DNA of 64,000 nucleotides from a virus: IMG/VR virus record IMGVR_UViG_3300029049_000007, positions 7,712 through 71,711 of that record. One strand, 5' to 3'. The notes beneath the pieces were generated by a model, which ran no database searches, was not told the origin of the DNA, and saw nothing but the letters and a program-made list of their open reading frames with translations. This document shows, piece by piece, positions 19,570 to 29,179 of this stretch; position 1 is the stretch's first letter, and each line of letters starts with the position of its first letter. A program made the translations under genes and the position numbers.

Positions 19570-19680
19570 ACGTAGGGGTATGCTCCAACATATCCTTACA
19601 ATCTTTGTTCTTTTTTGGACAAAGCATTTGCGTTTCCGCCCCGAGGTGCTCCAACACCATTTAAGGGGCGGTTTTTTATT
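19570..19680 (+). ncRNA. candidate small RNA of about 110 nt ending in an intrinsic terminator
   Basis: Runs from the promoter above to a stem CCGCCCC/GGGGCGG (19636-19671) with a nested GGTG...CACC hairpin and a T6 run. Internal repeat GCTCCAACA occurs twice. Only a poor 37-codon ORF with no usable RBS. Confidence 0.3.
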
Positions 19681-19770
19681 TTCCTTGTCATAATATACCA
19701 TGTATTATGTTAAAGTGTCAAGTATTTTTTCGAACCTCTGTTCGTTTTTTCGCTTCCATCTTTTTCCAGC

Positions 19771-19959
19771 TTAATTTGAAATTTCTTCATCCGTGTATAA
19801 TCTGCCATATTGCTCTTTATAAGGCGTGTCTCGATATTTGAGCCAAAATGTATCACATTTACTCCCATATTCACAGTCTAAACATGGATTTTCTGGATAT
19901 ATCTCTCTTATTCTATCCCAGCGTTCATTACATAAATCTATTAATTCTTTATTTGTCAT
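19771..19959 (-). CDS. hypothetical small protein
   Basis: 62-aa ORF between the HNH gene and the intergenic sRNA region. Confidence 0.35.
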   Translation of the reverse strand: MTNKELIDLCNERWDRIREIYPENPCLDCEYGSKCDTFWLKYRDTPYKEQYGRLYTDEEISN

Positions 19960-20521
19960 GCTTATGTTTCCCTTTTTTCTTTTTCATTGAAGAGAATTTT
20001 GTTGACACTTTCTTTTTAACGCAATCTTTCAAGAGATTATCCACTTCGATTTTCCCGCCGACTTTGAGTTGATATGAAATTATTGCAGAAATCTTATCGA
20101 ACAAGTCTTCCGGCAAGATATCCTGCTTAATTCGATTACAAACCAAGCAAGAACATTGCAAATTGTCTATTGCGTCGCTTCCTCCTTTTGATATCGGGAC
20201 AATGTGATCTATCGTAAAAGAATCGAACGGAACAAATTCGCCACAAATTCCGCAATGCCCTTTTGTCTTATTGTAAACTTTATTTCTTTCTGCTACGCTA
20301 AATTGTTTTCGTAGAGACTTCTTCCTTTTTTTACTTTCCTTAGTTCCTTTTGAGGGCTGTTCGAGTATTTCAAATCCTCTTGTCTTCACAGGAGCTTTTA
20401 GCCTTGTTCTCCTTGCTTCATCCGACGTAAATTTTGTCGCCTTTTTTAATCCTACGTAATCTACCTTTCCCGTATCGCTCAAGCGTATATATTGGTTTCC
20501 TTTTTGCATTACATATAGCAT
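19949..20521 (-). CDS. HNH endonuclease
   Basis: GHCGICG...DHIVPISKGGSDAIDNLQCSCLVCNRIK gives a Cys4 zinc site plus the H-N-H core. Basic N- and C-terminal extensions. Confidence 0.8.
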   Translation of the reverse strand: MLYVMQKGNQYIRLSDTGKVDYVGLKKATKFTSDEARRTRLKAPVKTRGFEILEQPSKGTKESKKRKKSLRKQFSVAERNKVYNKTKGHCGICGEFVPFDSFTIDHIVPISKGGSDAIDNLQCSCLVCNRIKQDILPEDLFDKISAIISYQLKVGGKIEVDNLLKDCVKKKVSTKFSSMKKKKGKHKHDK

Positions 20522-20584
20522 AACCCTTTCTCTCTTTCTTTAATTATTTCTTTACTTACTACTTCTAATTTTCGATCATTTTTT

Positions 20585-20611
20585 TATAAGAAAAGACCGG
20601 ATATTCTCCGG
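20585..20611 (-). terminator. intrinsic terminator downstream of the recombinase gene
   Basis: Reverse strand reads GGCCGGAGAATATCCGGTC followed by TTTTCTT. Confidence 0.45.
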
Positions 20612-20612
20612 C

Positions 20613-21695
20613 CTACTGTTTGAAGATATCTGCCATCATGTTCGACGCTTTCATTCTTTCTGTTCCGTCTTTGACGATATATTTTCTCGTCGTAGAAGAG
20701 CTTTTATGTCCAACGACATCGCGAACAAATTCTATGTCTTTTGTCTTCTCATAAAGTATTGTGCAAAATGCGGCTCTCAATTTATGCGGAGATAATGCCG
20801 CGCCGAGAGAATTCAGCGTGTACTTTTTTACCAAATCGGCAATCGAATTGGGATGTATGCGATTCTTTTTTTGCGAAATAAAAAGAGCATCCATTTGATT
20901 CTCCTCTCCTAGATACTCTTTCCTTTTTTCGATATAATTTCTTAAGATTGAGCTCAACATATCATTTAAATAATACTCATGAGTCGTATGTCTCTTATCA
21001 ATTATTGTAAGCTTATTTTCGCTAAAATTAATATCTTCCACGTTGATTTCCGTAAGTGCCGTCTCTCTCATCCCAGTATTTATGAGCAGCATTATAATCG
21101 CTTCGTCTCTGCATTTAATGTAACTTCCTTCTTTATTGAGGCTTTCTACCGATTCCATTATTTTTCTCAAGTCATCTTCTTTAAAACGCCTTCTTTTAAC
21201 CGAATCTTCTCTTCTGATTCTTTGAACCATTTTAACCGGATTCGCCTCAATATATCCCTTTAGTTGCAGATAAGAAAAGAAACCCATAAGCACTGTATGG
21301 GTTCCCTTTAAATAAGAAGCGGAAGTAGCAGATACCCTTTCCTCTACTTTTCCGGTTTTTTTGTTTTTTACTTTGACCTTTTTCACCTCTCGACTAGCTA
21401 TGTATCGGCTAATGTCTAAATCCGTGACTTTAGAGATATCTATTTGCTCGTAATCTTCATTTAAGAACGATAAAAACAGTTTAATTTTTCTCACATACTC
21501 TAAAACTGTTTTAGGTTCTTTTGATGAAGCCAAATTGTACGCATAATCCTGCAAGTATTTTGGCGAGTCAGAAAGCTGTTTTTGAATTGTTCCTTCAGTT
21601 TTTAATCGAGTTTCTAACCTTCCTTTCATTTTTTTATTCCCTCCTGTACCTCCTATAATCTGCATCTGCCACTTTGGGACACTTATTATTTTCAT
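20613..21695 (-). CDS. int: tyrosine site-specific recombinase/integrase
   Basis: 360 aa. C-terminal catalytic region ...HKLRAAFCTILYEK...VGHKSSSTTRKYI carries the R..H-x-x-R..Y signature. N-terminal SAM-like core-binding domain. Confidence 0.85.
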   Translation of the reverse strand: MKIISVPKWQMQIIGGTGGNKKMKGRLETRLKTEGTIQKQLSDSPKYLQDYAYNLASSKEPKTVLEYVRKIKLFLSFLNEDYEQIDISKVTDLDISRYIASREVKKVKVKNKKTGKVEERVSATSASYLKGTHTVLMGFFSYLQLKGYIEANPVKMVQRIRREDSVKRRRFKEDDLRKIMESVESLNKEGSYIKCRDEAIIMLLINTGMRETALTEINVEDINFSENKLTIIDKRHTTHEYYLNDMLSSILRNYIEKRKEYLGEENQMDALFISQKKNRIHPNSIADLVKKYTLNSLGAALSPHKLRAAFCTILYEKTKDIEFVRDVVGHKSSSTTRKYIVKDGTERMKASNMMADIFKQ

Positions 21696-22386
21696 CTGTT
21701 ACGAGGGGCATATTAATCTTATAGCATTTCTTTGTTTTACTGTCATATTTATAGCCATCGTAATAATTATAAAATTTCGAAAATTCCGCTGTAGTTTTTT
21801 CATTTTGCCAATGAGGTGGCTGAACAATAAGTTTCCCGTCTACTTTTGAAAGCATAAGAACATAGATTCTTTTGAGATCTCTACCAAAGCCGCAAATACT
21901 TTCCTCGTCTTCTTTTGAAATTTCTCCTACAGAAGAGCGCCCCTCTCTGTATATTCCATAATTATCTACTTTATATGCTCCTCCGGGAGCTAAATGGTCT
22001 ACGATTGCCTTATATCTGTATTTCGTGATTTCTACCCCGTCGTGTTGTAAGCCGAAAAGAGCGACATGCTGTGTAGCTAAAGCTATGTACCTATCTCTCT
22101 GATATACGGCTGGTATTTCTACGATTCCTTTTTTGGGAACCCAATCTACAACTCCCATCTTCCTTATAAAATCTGGAAGCAAATACTTTTCTGGGTTCGA
22201 ATTGTATTTTCTAGCTAAAGTATAAGGAGAATTTTCGACTTCTATGTTTGATTTGATAGCTAGATATCCACATATTATCCAAAGGAAAATAACCCCAAGC
22301 GGCCAGCCATCTTTAATAATTGCAACAAGCGGCGTTAATATAATTCCTGTGACTATAACTGTAGATGAATATCCTCTAACTCCCAT
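21634..22386 (-). CDS. hypothetical membrane-anchored protein
   Basis: 250 aa. N-terminal TM helices. Overlaps the recombinase start by 62 nt. Confidence 0.4.
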   Translation of the reverse strand: MGVRGYSSTVIVTGIILTPLVAIIKDGWPLGVIFLWIICGYLAIKSNIEVENSPYTLARKYNSNPEKYLLPDFIRKMGVVDWVPKKGIVEIPAVYQRDRYIALATQHVALFGLQHDGVEITKYRYKAIVDHLAPGGAYKVDNYGIYREGRSSVGEISKEDEESICGFGRDLKRIYVLMLSKVDGKLIVQPPHWQNEKTTAEFSKFYNYYDGYKYDSKTKKCYKINMPLVTDENNKCPKVADADYRRYRRE

Positions 22387-22460
22387 ATGTATACCCCCTT
22401 TCTGACATTATATCATGGGGAATGTACTTTGTCGTCTCAATTCGCCGAATTATATCAAAT

Positions 22461-23153
22461 TTACGCAACATTTTCTCCTTTAACTCTTCGTATTTTAAGC
22501 CGTTCATTAATGGTTTTATTCTTTGTACTGCAATAACATTTCCTGCATAAAAGACAGGGTTCTGAACCGCAATTAATCTTCACGTTATTCGCCTCAATGT
22601 ATTCATCTGAATATACTGTAAATACTTTATCTACAAAGCTCCATTTCGAGCCATCTGCAGGCTGATTTATCTTCATGCTGCTCAATATGATTTGCAAATT
22701 CCGCGGTTTCTTTTCTCCGTTAGAAATGACTTTTTCAATGATGAAAGGATTTTTTGTCCATAAGGCAAAATGAGTTCCTTTGTTTTTGCGGCAAATATTA
22801 AAGTAATTCATGAGCTGCGTTTCATTAATCAAATCGCCAAATGCTTCAAACCTGAAATATGAATAATTTAATATTGGTAGCTCTTCTAGTGAAAGTATTC
22901 GAGATGTAAGAATCTCTGTATTCCGCTCACAATTTCTTTGCATTCCCGGAAAAATTCTTAGGCTAGTGTTTGCGTAACAATATGAGCATATATTCTTTTC
23001 GTCCTTGCTGTACTTCTTACAATATTCATTGCAAAGACAAGATGTGGACAATGATGCCATACCGCTCATTTTACCTCTGTGCTTCGTTACAATATGAATT
23101 CCTGTTTTCTCTTTGAATTTGTCTGGCAATAAAATAATTTTTCTCTTACTCAA
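22461..23153 (-). CDS. Cys-rich protein (CxCxxxC...CxxC), possible metal/Fe-S partner of the adjacent radical SAM enzyme
   Basis: CLCNEYCKKYSKDEKNICSYCYA plus a C-terminal CGSEPCLLCRKCYC. Confidence 0.4.
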   Translation of the reverse strand: MSKRKIILLPDKFKEKTGIHIVTKHRGKMSGMASLSTSCLCNEYCKKYSKDEKNICSYCYANTSLRIFPGMQRNCERNTEILTSRILSLEELPILNYSYFRFEAFGDLINETQLMNYFNICRKNKGTHFALWTKNPFIIEKVISNGEKKPRNLQIILSSMKINQPADGSKWSFVDKVFTVYSDEYIEANNVKINCGSEPCLLCRKCYCSTKNKTINERLKIRRVKGENVA

Positions 23154-23202
23154 TTTTCCTCCAAATAAAAAGAGCGACTTAGTTGTCGCTCAACATCTTT
23201 AC

Positions 23203-23454
23203 TTATTTCTTTTCAAAGCATTCTTGAAGAATCATATGCTCTGGATAATCATTCCATGCGCTTATCAAAATGCTTTTATTTTCTGCCGATGTCATTTCGT
23301 ACCAATGACAAGAATTCTCATCCGAAAAATCATCTTTATCCGTAATTATATACACGTCTCCTTTCTTAATATAAAAATTAGGATTAGACATATTAAGACA
23401 TTGTGAATTTACCGGAATTATGCACTCTATTTTATCTCCTATGCTGTATATCAT
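23203..23454 (-). CDS. hypothetical protein
   Basis: 83-aa ORF between the Cys-rich and radical SAM genes. Confidence 0.35.
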   Translation of the reverse strand: MIYSIGDKIECIIPVNSQCLNMSNPNFYIKKGDVYIITDKDDFSDENSCHWYEMTSAENKSILISAWNDYPEHMILQECFEKK

Positions 23455-23467
23455 TTTTGTTCTCCAT

Positions 23468-24421
23468 TTATCTTTTAATTATTTTCATTCCTTTGTTCCA
23501 GCTTCCAGAAACAACTCCGTCTGGATGAATAATAAATTCTCTACATACAGAGTCATCTTCGTGTTTTTCAACTTCACTGAGCATTTTCATGTTTGAATAA
23601 CTAAATGTAATACATGTGTTCTCACACCTCCATATCTCGTACACATAATAATCTTGCACCGTCTGTTCGACAAACAAAAAATTATTAAAAGCGTATTCGA
23701 GAATCTGATTATATAACTCTTCTTTGTCGTCATATACAATCCCTGTTCGAGAATCCAGCTTCATTAATTTTCTAAAAGAAATATCGTCGGCAAACGAATA
23801 GGCTTTAATATATGCCATAACATCATCTATACTATTTACGTCGCATAGCACGCACTGCAATCGCATTTTCGTATATTTAAGGTTTTCTTTAATCGTTTTA
23901 AGCTCATTTAGGGTAGGCATATCTGTCCCAAATATCTCATTATTCCTCTGATCTGAAATTGCGTGGCGGCTAATATCAATAAAATCAAATAGGCCGTCTA
24001 TTTTATCCAAATGCTTGTATAAATATTTGGCATTAGTGTTCATTGTAAGGAACTTAATATCATGTTTTCTCAGCACTTCACATAATGCATCAAATTTATT
24101 GAAAAGCAATGGTTCTCCTCCGGTTACTGAGACTGAATATAATATTCCTGCCTTTTCCATTTCTGTTAGCATTAAATCCACTCGTTCTACATATTTGTAT
24201 GCGTTTTCTTCGCGTTCTGAATTCTGTTCCACACAGAAAAAACATTGAGCATTACATACATCTGTCAATTTCAAATGCAGATGCCAGAGCCACTCGTTCT
24301 TTTCTACTAAAATTTTGTGTCCAAATAATTCTACCTCCATCTTGTCCTCATATGTAATCGGAAGCTTTTCTACATCGCAGCTATGAATATAGTTTCTTAT
24401 ATCTGTATTCTGAGTAAACAT
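23468..24421 (-). CDS. radical SAM enzyme
   Basis: CNAQCFFC fits CX3CX2C, and VTGGEPLL is the glycine-rich SAM motif. 317 aa, no SPASM Cys cluster. Confidence 0.75.
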   Translation of the reverse strand: MFTQNTDIRNYIHSCDVEKLPITYEDKMEVELFGHKILVEKNEWLWHLHLKLTDVCNAQCFFCVEQNSEREENAYKYVERVDLMLTEMEKAGILYSVSVTGGEPLLFNKFDALCEVLRKHDIKFLTMNTNAKYLYKHLDKIDGLFDFIDISRHAISDQRNNEIFGTDMPTLNELKTIKENLKYTKMRLQCVLCDVNSIDDVMAYIKAYSFADDISFRKLMKLDSRTGIVYDDKEELYNQILEYAFNNFLFVEQTVQDYYVYEIWRCENTCITFSYSNMKMLSEVEKHEDDSVCREFIIHPDGVVSGSWNKGMKIIKR

Positions 24422-24454
24422 CTATTTATACCTTTCTTTTTTAAAATATAATTA

Positions 24455-24844
24455 TTAATTTTCCCTAAATAACATCCCTCTAATATTTATAAAGCACTGA
24501 ATAATATTTTCTGCTCTTGTCCATGTCACTGCTTCACTTTCATGTTTGTGCCAAAATCTTCGACTTTCAAACGAACACTTTGCGACAATATCATCAAGTT
24601 GACCGAGCGGAAGATTGTAAGTTTGTTCCATTCCCAGAATCCCGTCGTAATATCCAGATACTGCGGTCTTAATATCATTTAACGACATTTCTTTTAAGTC
24701 TTCTTTATCCGCAACAACAAAGTACTTCCCCTCTTCGTCAGAACTAATTACTTGAATAAATAAGAACTCTCTATTTCCTAAGTCCTTTCGGCACTGCATA
24801 CAGTCGCTATCTGTCTCTACAAACCCATTTTTCATTTCCAGCAT
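24455..24844 (-). CDS. hypothetical protein
   Basis: 129-aa ORF in the co-directional array. Confidence 0.4.
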   Translation of the reverse strand: MLEMKNGFVETDSDCMQCRKDLGNREFLFIQVISSDEEGKYFVVADKEDLKEMSLNDIKTAVSGYYDGILGMEQTYNLPLGQLDDIVAKCSFESRRFWHKHESEAVTWTRAENIIQCFINIRGMLFREN

Positions 24845-24864
24845 AACTTATACCTCCTCATTTT

Positions 24865-25158
24865 TCATTTACTCAACACTTTCCATTTACCAATATTTTC
24901 CGTATCAAAAAATGAATATAATTCCTGTTCTGTTAACGGCGTAATTCCATAAACACCATCATATCCGAATCTTTTTAAATCATCTTTAATGAATTCTTCT
25001 GCTTCTTCAAAATTAGGATAATGATCTGCTTTAATCGCAATACTATATTCTGCGTCAATAAGTCCTCTGCAAATTTCACTCCCATTGCCAGTACTATTCC
25101 TTAATTCTTCTTCTGTTGCCTTTCTCCCACAGTTTAACTCGTAATATTTTACTTCCAT
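24865..25158 (-). CDS. hypothetical protein
   Basis: 97-aa ORF in the array. Confidence 0.4.
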   Translation of the reverse strand: MEVKYYELNCGRKATEEELRNSTGNGSEICRGLIDAEYSIAIKADHYPNFEEAEEFIKDDLKRFGYDGVYGITPLTEQELYSFFDTENIGKWKVLSK

Positions 25159-25176
25159 AGTTGCTCTCCTCTCTGT

Positions 25177-25575
25177 TCATACCGCAGGAACATCACAAAT
25201 TCCCATAATCACATAATTTAAGCCAGCATAATATCCAATCATCTTCATACATTCAGTGCAAAGGTGCTTTAAATTAGTGTAATAATCAGATTTTTCATCA
25301 TTAAACACTATTTCCGCCACGTCACTTTCGAAGATGCAATTATCCTCATTAACTGAAAGAACTCTTATGTAAGCTGAATCATTCATTCCTGATTCTATAT
25401 CTTCTGGTAAGAGATTTTCCCCTCTAGTAAAATTGATTAACAAAAACTCCTTTGCTGTGGGGATATATACTATAATTTCCTTATTTCCTGCAATGACATT
25501 CTGGAATTCTTTTGTCATATATATTGCGTTGATTTCGCTCACGTTGTTTGCATTAAAAAAACTTTTAATCATCAA
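25177..25575 (-). CDS. hypothetical protein
   Basis: 132-aa ORF in the array. Confidence 0.4.
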   Translation of the reverse strand: MMIKSFFNANNVSEINAIYMTKEFQNVIAGNKEIIVYIPTAKEFLLINFTRGENLLPEDIESGMNDSAYIRVLSVNEDNCIFESDVAEIVFNDEKSDYYTNLKHLCTECMKMIGYYAGLNYVIMGICDVPAV

Positions 25576-25592
25576 CTCTCCTCCTTATTGAC

Positions 25593-25787
25593 TCAATCCT
25601 TTAAATACTCTTCTATCATGTGTTTACACCAGTCAGCCAGTTGATTAGATATCCTCCTTGGTGCTTGTGTAATCCTGAAATTTGGCGTTAAGACGAAAAA
25701 CTCATTGTGCTTTCCGTCATAATACAGCCTGTACTTGTCATGGCAGACACCAACACATTTATATGCTTCCCGCTTCATATTCGTCAC
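25593..25787 (-). CDS. hypothetical small protein
   Basis: 64 aa. 4-nt overlap with the upstream gene suggests translational coupling. Confidence 0.3.
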   Translation of the reverse strand: MTNMKREAYKCVGVCHDKYRLYYDGKHNEFFVLTPNFRITQAPRRISNQLADWCKHMIEEYLKD

Positions 25788-26239
25788 CTAAAATACATAA
25801 TCCCACTTTTAGTTACAATCTTATCTAATACTCGAGGCAAAATCTTAATAGATGTTATTTCTAGAGATTCTTTTAAGAATTCAACCGCCTCCTTTGCTTT
25901 TCCTTCTGTTGAACAGCGCGCAAATACTGAATTTTCAAACATTCCGTCCCCGACTACTTCCCATATGTACTCAGAATCGTGTGTAGGAGGAACAAATGTC
26001 ATGAAACGAGAAATATATTCTACACATGACTTAAAGTCTGTGTATTTATTTGGGTTAATTGGCTCTCCATCATACGCCGCAAAAAATACTTTTGCGTTAT
26101 CTCTTGGAACATGTTCATGATTACCATGCATATCATCAAGAATATCGCTACATTTATTTGCCTTGATACAATACGCTGTTCCGAACGAATCTTCCGTTAC
26201 GATATAGATAGGATATTTTTCAGTAGATTCTATTCTCAT
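25784..26239 (-). CDS. hypothetical protein
   Basis: 151-aa ORF in the array. Confidence 0.4.
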   Translation of the reverse strand: MRIESTEKYPIYIVTEDSFGTAYCIKANKCSDILDDMHGNHEHVPRDNAKVFFAAYDGEPINPNKYTDFKSCVEYISRFMTFVPPTHDSEYIWEVVGDGMFENSVFARCSTEGKAKEAVEFLKESLEITSIKILPRVLDKIVTKSGIMYFR

Positions 26240-26262
26240 TTTTCGTCTCCTTCCAGATTCTC

Positions 26263-26496
26263 CTAAAGTCTTCTAAATGTTTCGTCCGCTTTAATACCCG
26301 GCAAAGCAATTCCGATAGAAACACTTTCTACAAGCCCCATTTTAATGCAATCATGCATAAGTATCTCCAGCGCATTTGCCCTTGCTCTTGGGATACTTGA
26401 ATAATATAAAGTAAATCGAAAACCTTTTGGATATCTTCGAATTTTATCAATTGTTTTAAAATATTCTTCAGATTTTCTCAACTGCTCTACTGTCAT
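26263..26496 (-). CDS. hypothetical protein
   Basis: 77-aa ORF in the array. Confidence 0.35.
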   Translation of the reverse strand: MTVEQLRKSEEYFKTIDKIRRYPKGFRFTLYYSSIPRARANALEILMHDCIKMGLVESVSIGIALPGIKADETFRRL

Positions 26497-26542
26497 CTCT
26501 GTTCACTCCTTTTCTTAAGTCTCATACTGTTTATAATGGCAA

Positions 26543-27253
26543 TTATGTTGTAAATATATGATTAACCTCTATCGCGGAGTACTCCACCGTTCCCTCGTCA
26601 TATTTTTCTTTTGCGAAAACTCTCCATCCGCCTCTTATAACTCGAAGGTCATCAACTGAATTTATCTCAAACTCTCTTTGCTCGACTCCACTTCTGCCAA
26701 ATTGAATTATTCGCAATAAATGCTGTTTCACCTCATCTTTAGTTCCGATAAATCTCGTGATGTCTACATCCCCATCGTCGTTCTTGCAGACAATCCATTC
26801 ATAATCTCTGTTCTCCGAGTAAATTTTTGAAACCGCATATCCTCTTTCTATTAACTCCTTAATCATTTGTTCGTCTGTATATATCTCAAAATCGCAATCA
26901 CTGAGATCTAATTCCTGCTTCCATGCTTTAGTTTCCGGATCGAAAATAAATTCACAACATCTATTTCTATCGTTAAAATAAGCAATACTTCCTTTTACTA
27001 TATTTGGATTCAAGATATCTAGAAAGTATAGAACATCGTCTCCTAACTCATAACTTTCTAAAGAATCTTTTTCAAAATATTCTTCTTTAGTTAAAAATTC
27101 GATTTTCCCATGCCTGATTCTATAATCTAACTCGCCAAGAACATACAACTTATTATCTAACTCAGAAATATTAACGCTACCTTTAAATGTAGCCTCACCA
27201 AATCCACGCATAAAATGTCCCATGATAAAATCTCCTTCCTGTTTTATTCGCAA
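26543..27253 (-). CDS. hypothetical protein
   Basis: 236-aa ORF in the array. Confidence 0.4.
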   Translation of the reverse strand: MRIKQEGDFIMGHFMRGFGEATFKGSVNISELDNKLYVLGELDYRIRHGKIEFLTKEEYFEKDSLESYELGDDVLYFLDILNPNIVKGSIAYFNDRNRCCEFIFDPETKAWKQELDLSDCDFEIYTDEQMIKELIERGYAVSKIYSENRDYEWIVCKNDDGDVDITRFIGTKDEVKQHLLRIIQFGRSGVEQREFEINSVDDLRVIRGGWRVFAKEKYDEGTVEYSAIEVNHIFTT

Positions 27254-27720
27254 GTCTCATATAAATCCAAGTCGTCGTTTTTATTCGGCCGTCTGGCAAA
27301 ATATTCTTCGCTAAAGCTATCCGTATTTTCACAAGTGCCGCCGTACTCCTCATTTACAATGTCTATTGCTTCTTCTTTGGAGCTAGCTCCAACTAAATAT
27401 GTATGTTCACATGTTTTTATTATAGTAACCAGAAACTTATCAGCCGATGCTTCTCCGCGAGTAATCTCTTCTAAACATTTGACTAAATATTCTTCAAATT
27501 CCACACCAACAAATTCAAAGAACATTTCCTTTACGGCTTCTTTATCTTTACTCTTTTTGTAGATATTGAAAATATCCTGAGATATGCCGGAAATTTCAAA
27601 GTCTGCTTTATCCAGCAGGTCTACGAGAATCGTATCTGAATCCTGAATGATTCCTTCCGGTGTATCATAATTTAAATCTTCCACTTCTTTGATTGTTTTT
27701 AAAATTAAATCATTCATCAT
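27244..27720 (-). CDS. hypothetical acidic protein (start moved to internal Met with strong RBS)
   Basis: AAGGAGG lies 6 nt before ATGATGAATGAT (MMNDLILK...). The longer track ORF would overlap the upstream gene by 98 nt. Confidence 0.4.
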   Translation of the reverse strand: MMNDLILKTIKEVEDLNYDTPEGIIQDSDTILVDLLDKADFEISGISQDIFNIYKKSKDKEAVKEMFFEFVGVEFEEYLVKCLEEITRGEASADKFLVTIIKTCEHTYLVGASSKEEAIDIVNEEYGGTCENTDSFSEEYFARRPNKNDDLDLYETCE

Positions 27721-28009
27721 ACATTGCCTCCTTAATATCTTTTGTTTTAATGGAGAATTTGCTCGTCCATTGTTCAGAACTAACATCTTCGTAACTATAG
27801 ATATCAATTATTTCTTTATTATTCTCTGATTTTGCTTCCGCAAGAACGATATCTATAACATCTCCGGAATCCGATTCAAAACAAACATATATACCATCAT
27901 AATTCGGGTCTTCATTTCTGCCAGATACTAAATACCCTCCATCTACCTTTACTCGAATCTCGTTCTTCAATTCGCTTCCCTTCTTTCTAATTACATTCGT
28001 CATAATCAA
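27710..28009 (-). CDS. hypothetical protein
   Basis: 99-aa ORF in the array. Confidence 0.35.
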   Translation of the reverse strand: MIMTNVIRKKGSELKNEIRVKVDGGYLVSGRNEDPNYDGIYVCFESDSGDVIDIVLAEAKSENNKEIIDIYSYEDVSSEQWTSKFSIKTKDIKEAMYDE

Positions 28010-28277
28010 ATATCAGGATGCGATTCCAGTTCTCAATTAAGTCGTATTCATTTTTATAAAACCGCTGAAAGTCACAATTAGACCATCTGTCATGATTTTC
28101 CTCCGGGTCAGCCCTGAGCATAATCCTATTTCCATTTCCTTCATGCGGCACAACCACCACAAAAATAAACGGAATCTTTTCTATATCTCGGCGAAAAAGC
28201 AAATGGCTGTCTTCGTAATTTTCTATTAACCGGAATCCGCATCTCTCTAAACCTTCGATTATCTTCTTTGTATTCAA
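27987..28277 (-). CDS. hypothetical protein
   Basis: 96-aa ORF in the array. Confidence 0.35.
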   Translation of the reverse strand: MNTKKIIEGLERCGFRLIENYEDSHLLFRRDIEKIPFIFVVVVPHEGNGNRIMLRADPEENHDRWSNCDFQRFYKNEYDLIENWNRILIFDYDECN

Positions 28278-28280
28278 AGT

Positions 28281-28538
28281 CTATTTGCCTCCTAAATGCT
28301 TTCTAATCCACGATTTTGCGTTTGCTAAAGATGTGCATTTAATAACCTCCAGTTTTTCTGGACATTTAATGCTGACTATATATTCTTTTCCTTTTGGCTG
28401 CAAAGCGATAAGTTCTATCCATGCATACTTACCAAATCTTTCGCTGTTTATCTCCGCTCTCCATTTTGTCGACTTATCTTGCTTGTCTTCGCTAATAATC
28501 TGCCACTTTATCCTCATATCTCTCCCTCCTTTTATCAT
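28281..28538 (-). CDS. hypothetical protein
   Basis: 85-aa ORF in the array. Confidence 0.35.
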   Translation of the reverse strand: MIKGGRDMRIKWQIISEDKQDKSTKWRAEINSERFGKYAWIELIALQPKGKEYIVSIKCPEKLEVIKCTSLANAKSWIRKHLGGK

Positions 28539-28570
28539 TTCTTTTCAAAATAGAAACTCTTTCACATTTC

Positions 28571-28918
28571 TCACCGCCTTAATTCTCTGATTTCTCTTTC
28601 AATCTCTTTCAAGCTTGGACGAATCATTTCAATAATATCTAAGTCCTTATCCTTCACTATATTTAAAACCAAATCTTCCACCTCTCTTTTTGCCATTCTT
28701 TCAAGGGTAGAATCCGAGATTAATTGAGTATTCCCAACCACATCTAACAATAACTGTGTTCCGTCCTCCCTTACTAACATAATAAAAACAATTGTTGTCT
28801 TCGAATTCATTAATCCTTCATCATACACTTGCTTATTCTCTATATTTTTCTTTTTAATGACGATAGAATCTGTTTCTTTATAAAACACATAATCCCCTTT
28901 CGGCGTTTTAATTAACAT
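28571..28918 (-). CDS. hypothetical protein
   Basis: 115-aa ORF in the array. Confidence 0.4.
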   Translation of the reverse strand: MLIKTPKGDYVFYKETDSIVIKKKNIENKQVYDEGLMNSKTTIVFIMLVREDGTQLLLDVVGNTQLISDSTLERMAKREVEDLVLNIVKDKDLDIIEMIRPSLKEIEREIRELRR

Positions 28919-29129
28919 TCTTTACCTCCTTAAAATAATCTGGAGTGCAGGAATATTTTTCTCCAACAATTCCTTTTGTCCCCATATTAGTTTCCACAGT
29001 ATACGTGCCATCTCTGTGCTTTATAGCCCCATATATTTTCCCGGCAGTCCATACAGTAGCAAAGTCATCTCTACCTGTTAAATCTTCATCGTAATCACAA
29101 ATACACTTAAGATATCTTCTATATTTCAT
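28908..29129 (-). CDS. hypothetical protein
   Basis: 73-aa ORF in the array. Confidence 0.35.
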   Translation of the reverse strand: MKYRRYLKCICDYDEDLTGRDDFATVWTAGKIYGAIKHRDGTYTVETNMGTKGIVGEKYSCTPDYFKEVKNVN

Positions 29130-29179
29130 TTTCTCACCTCATTTTATAGTTACAGTGATCCTTTCGCTGCTACGACCAC

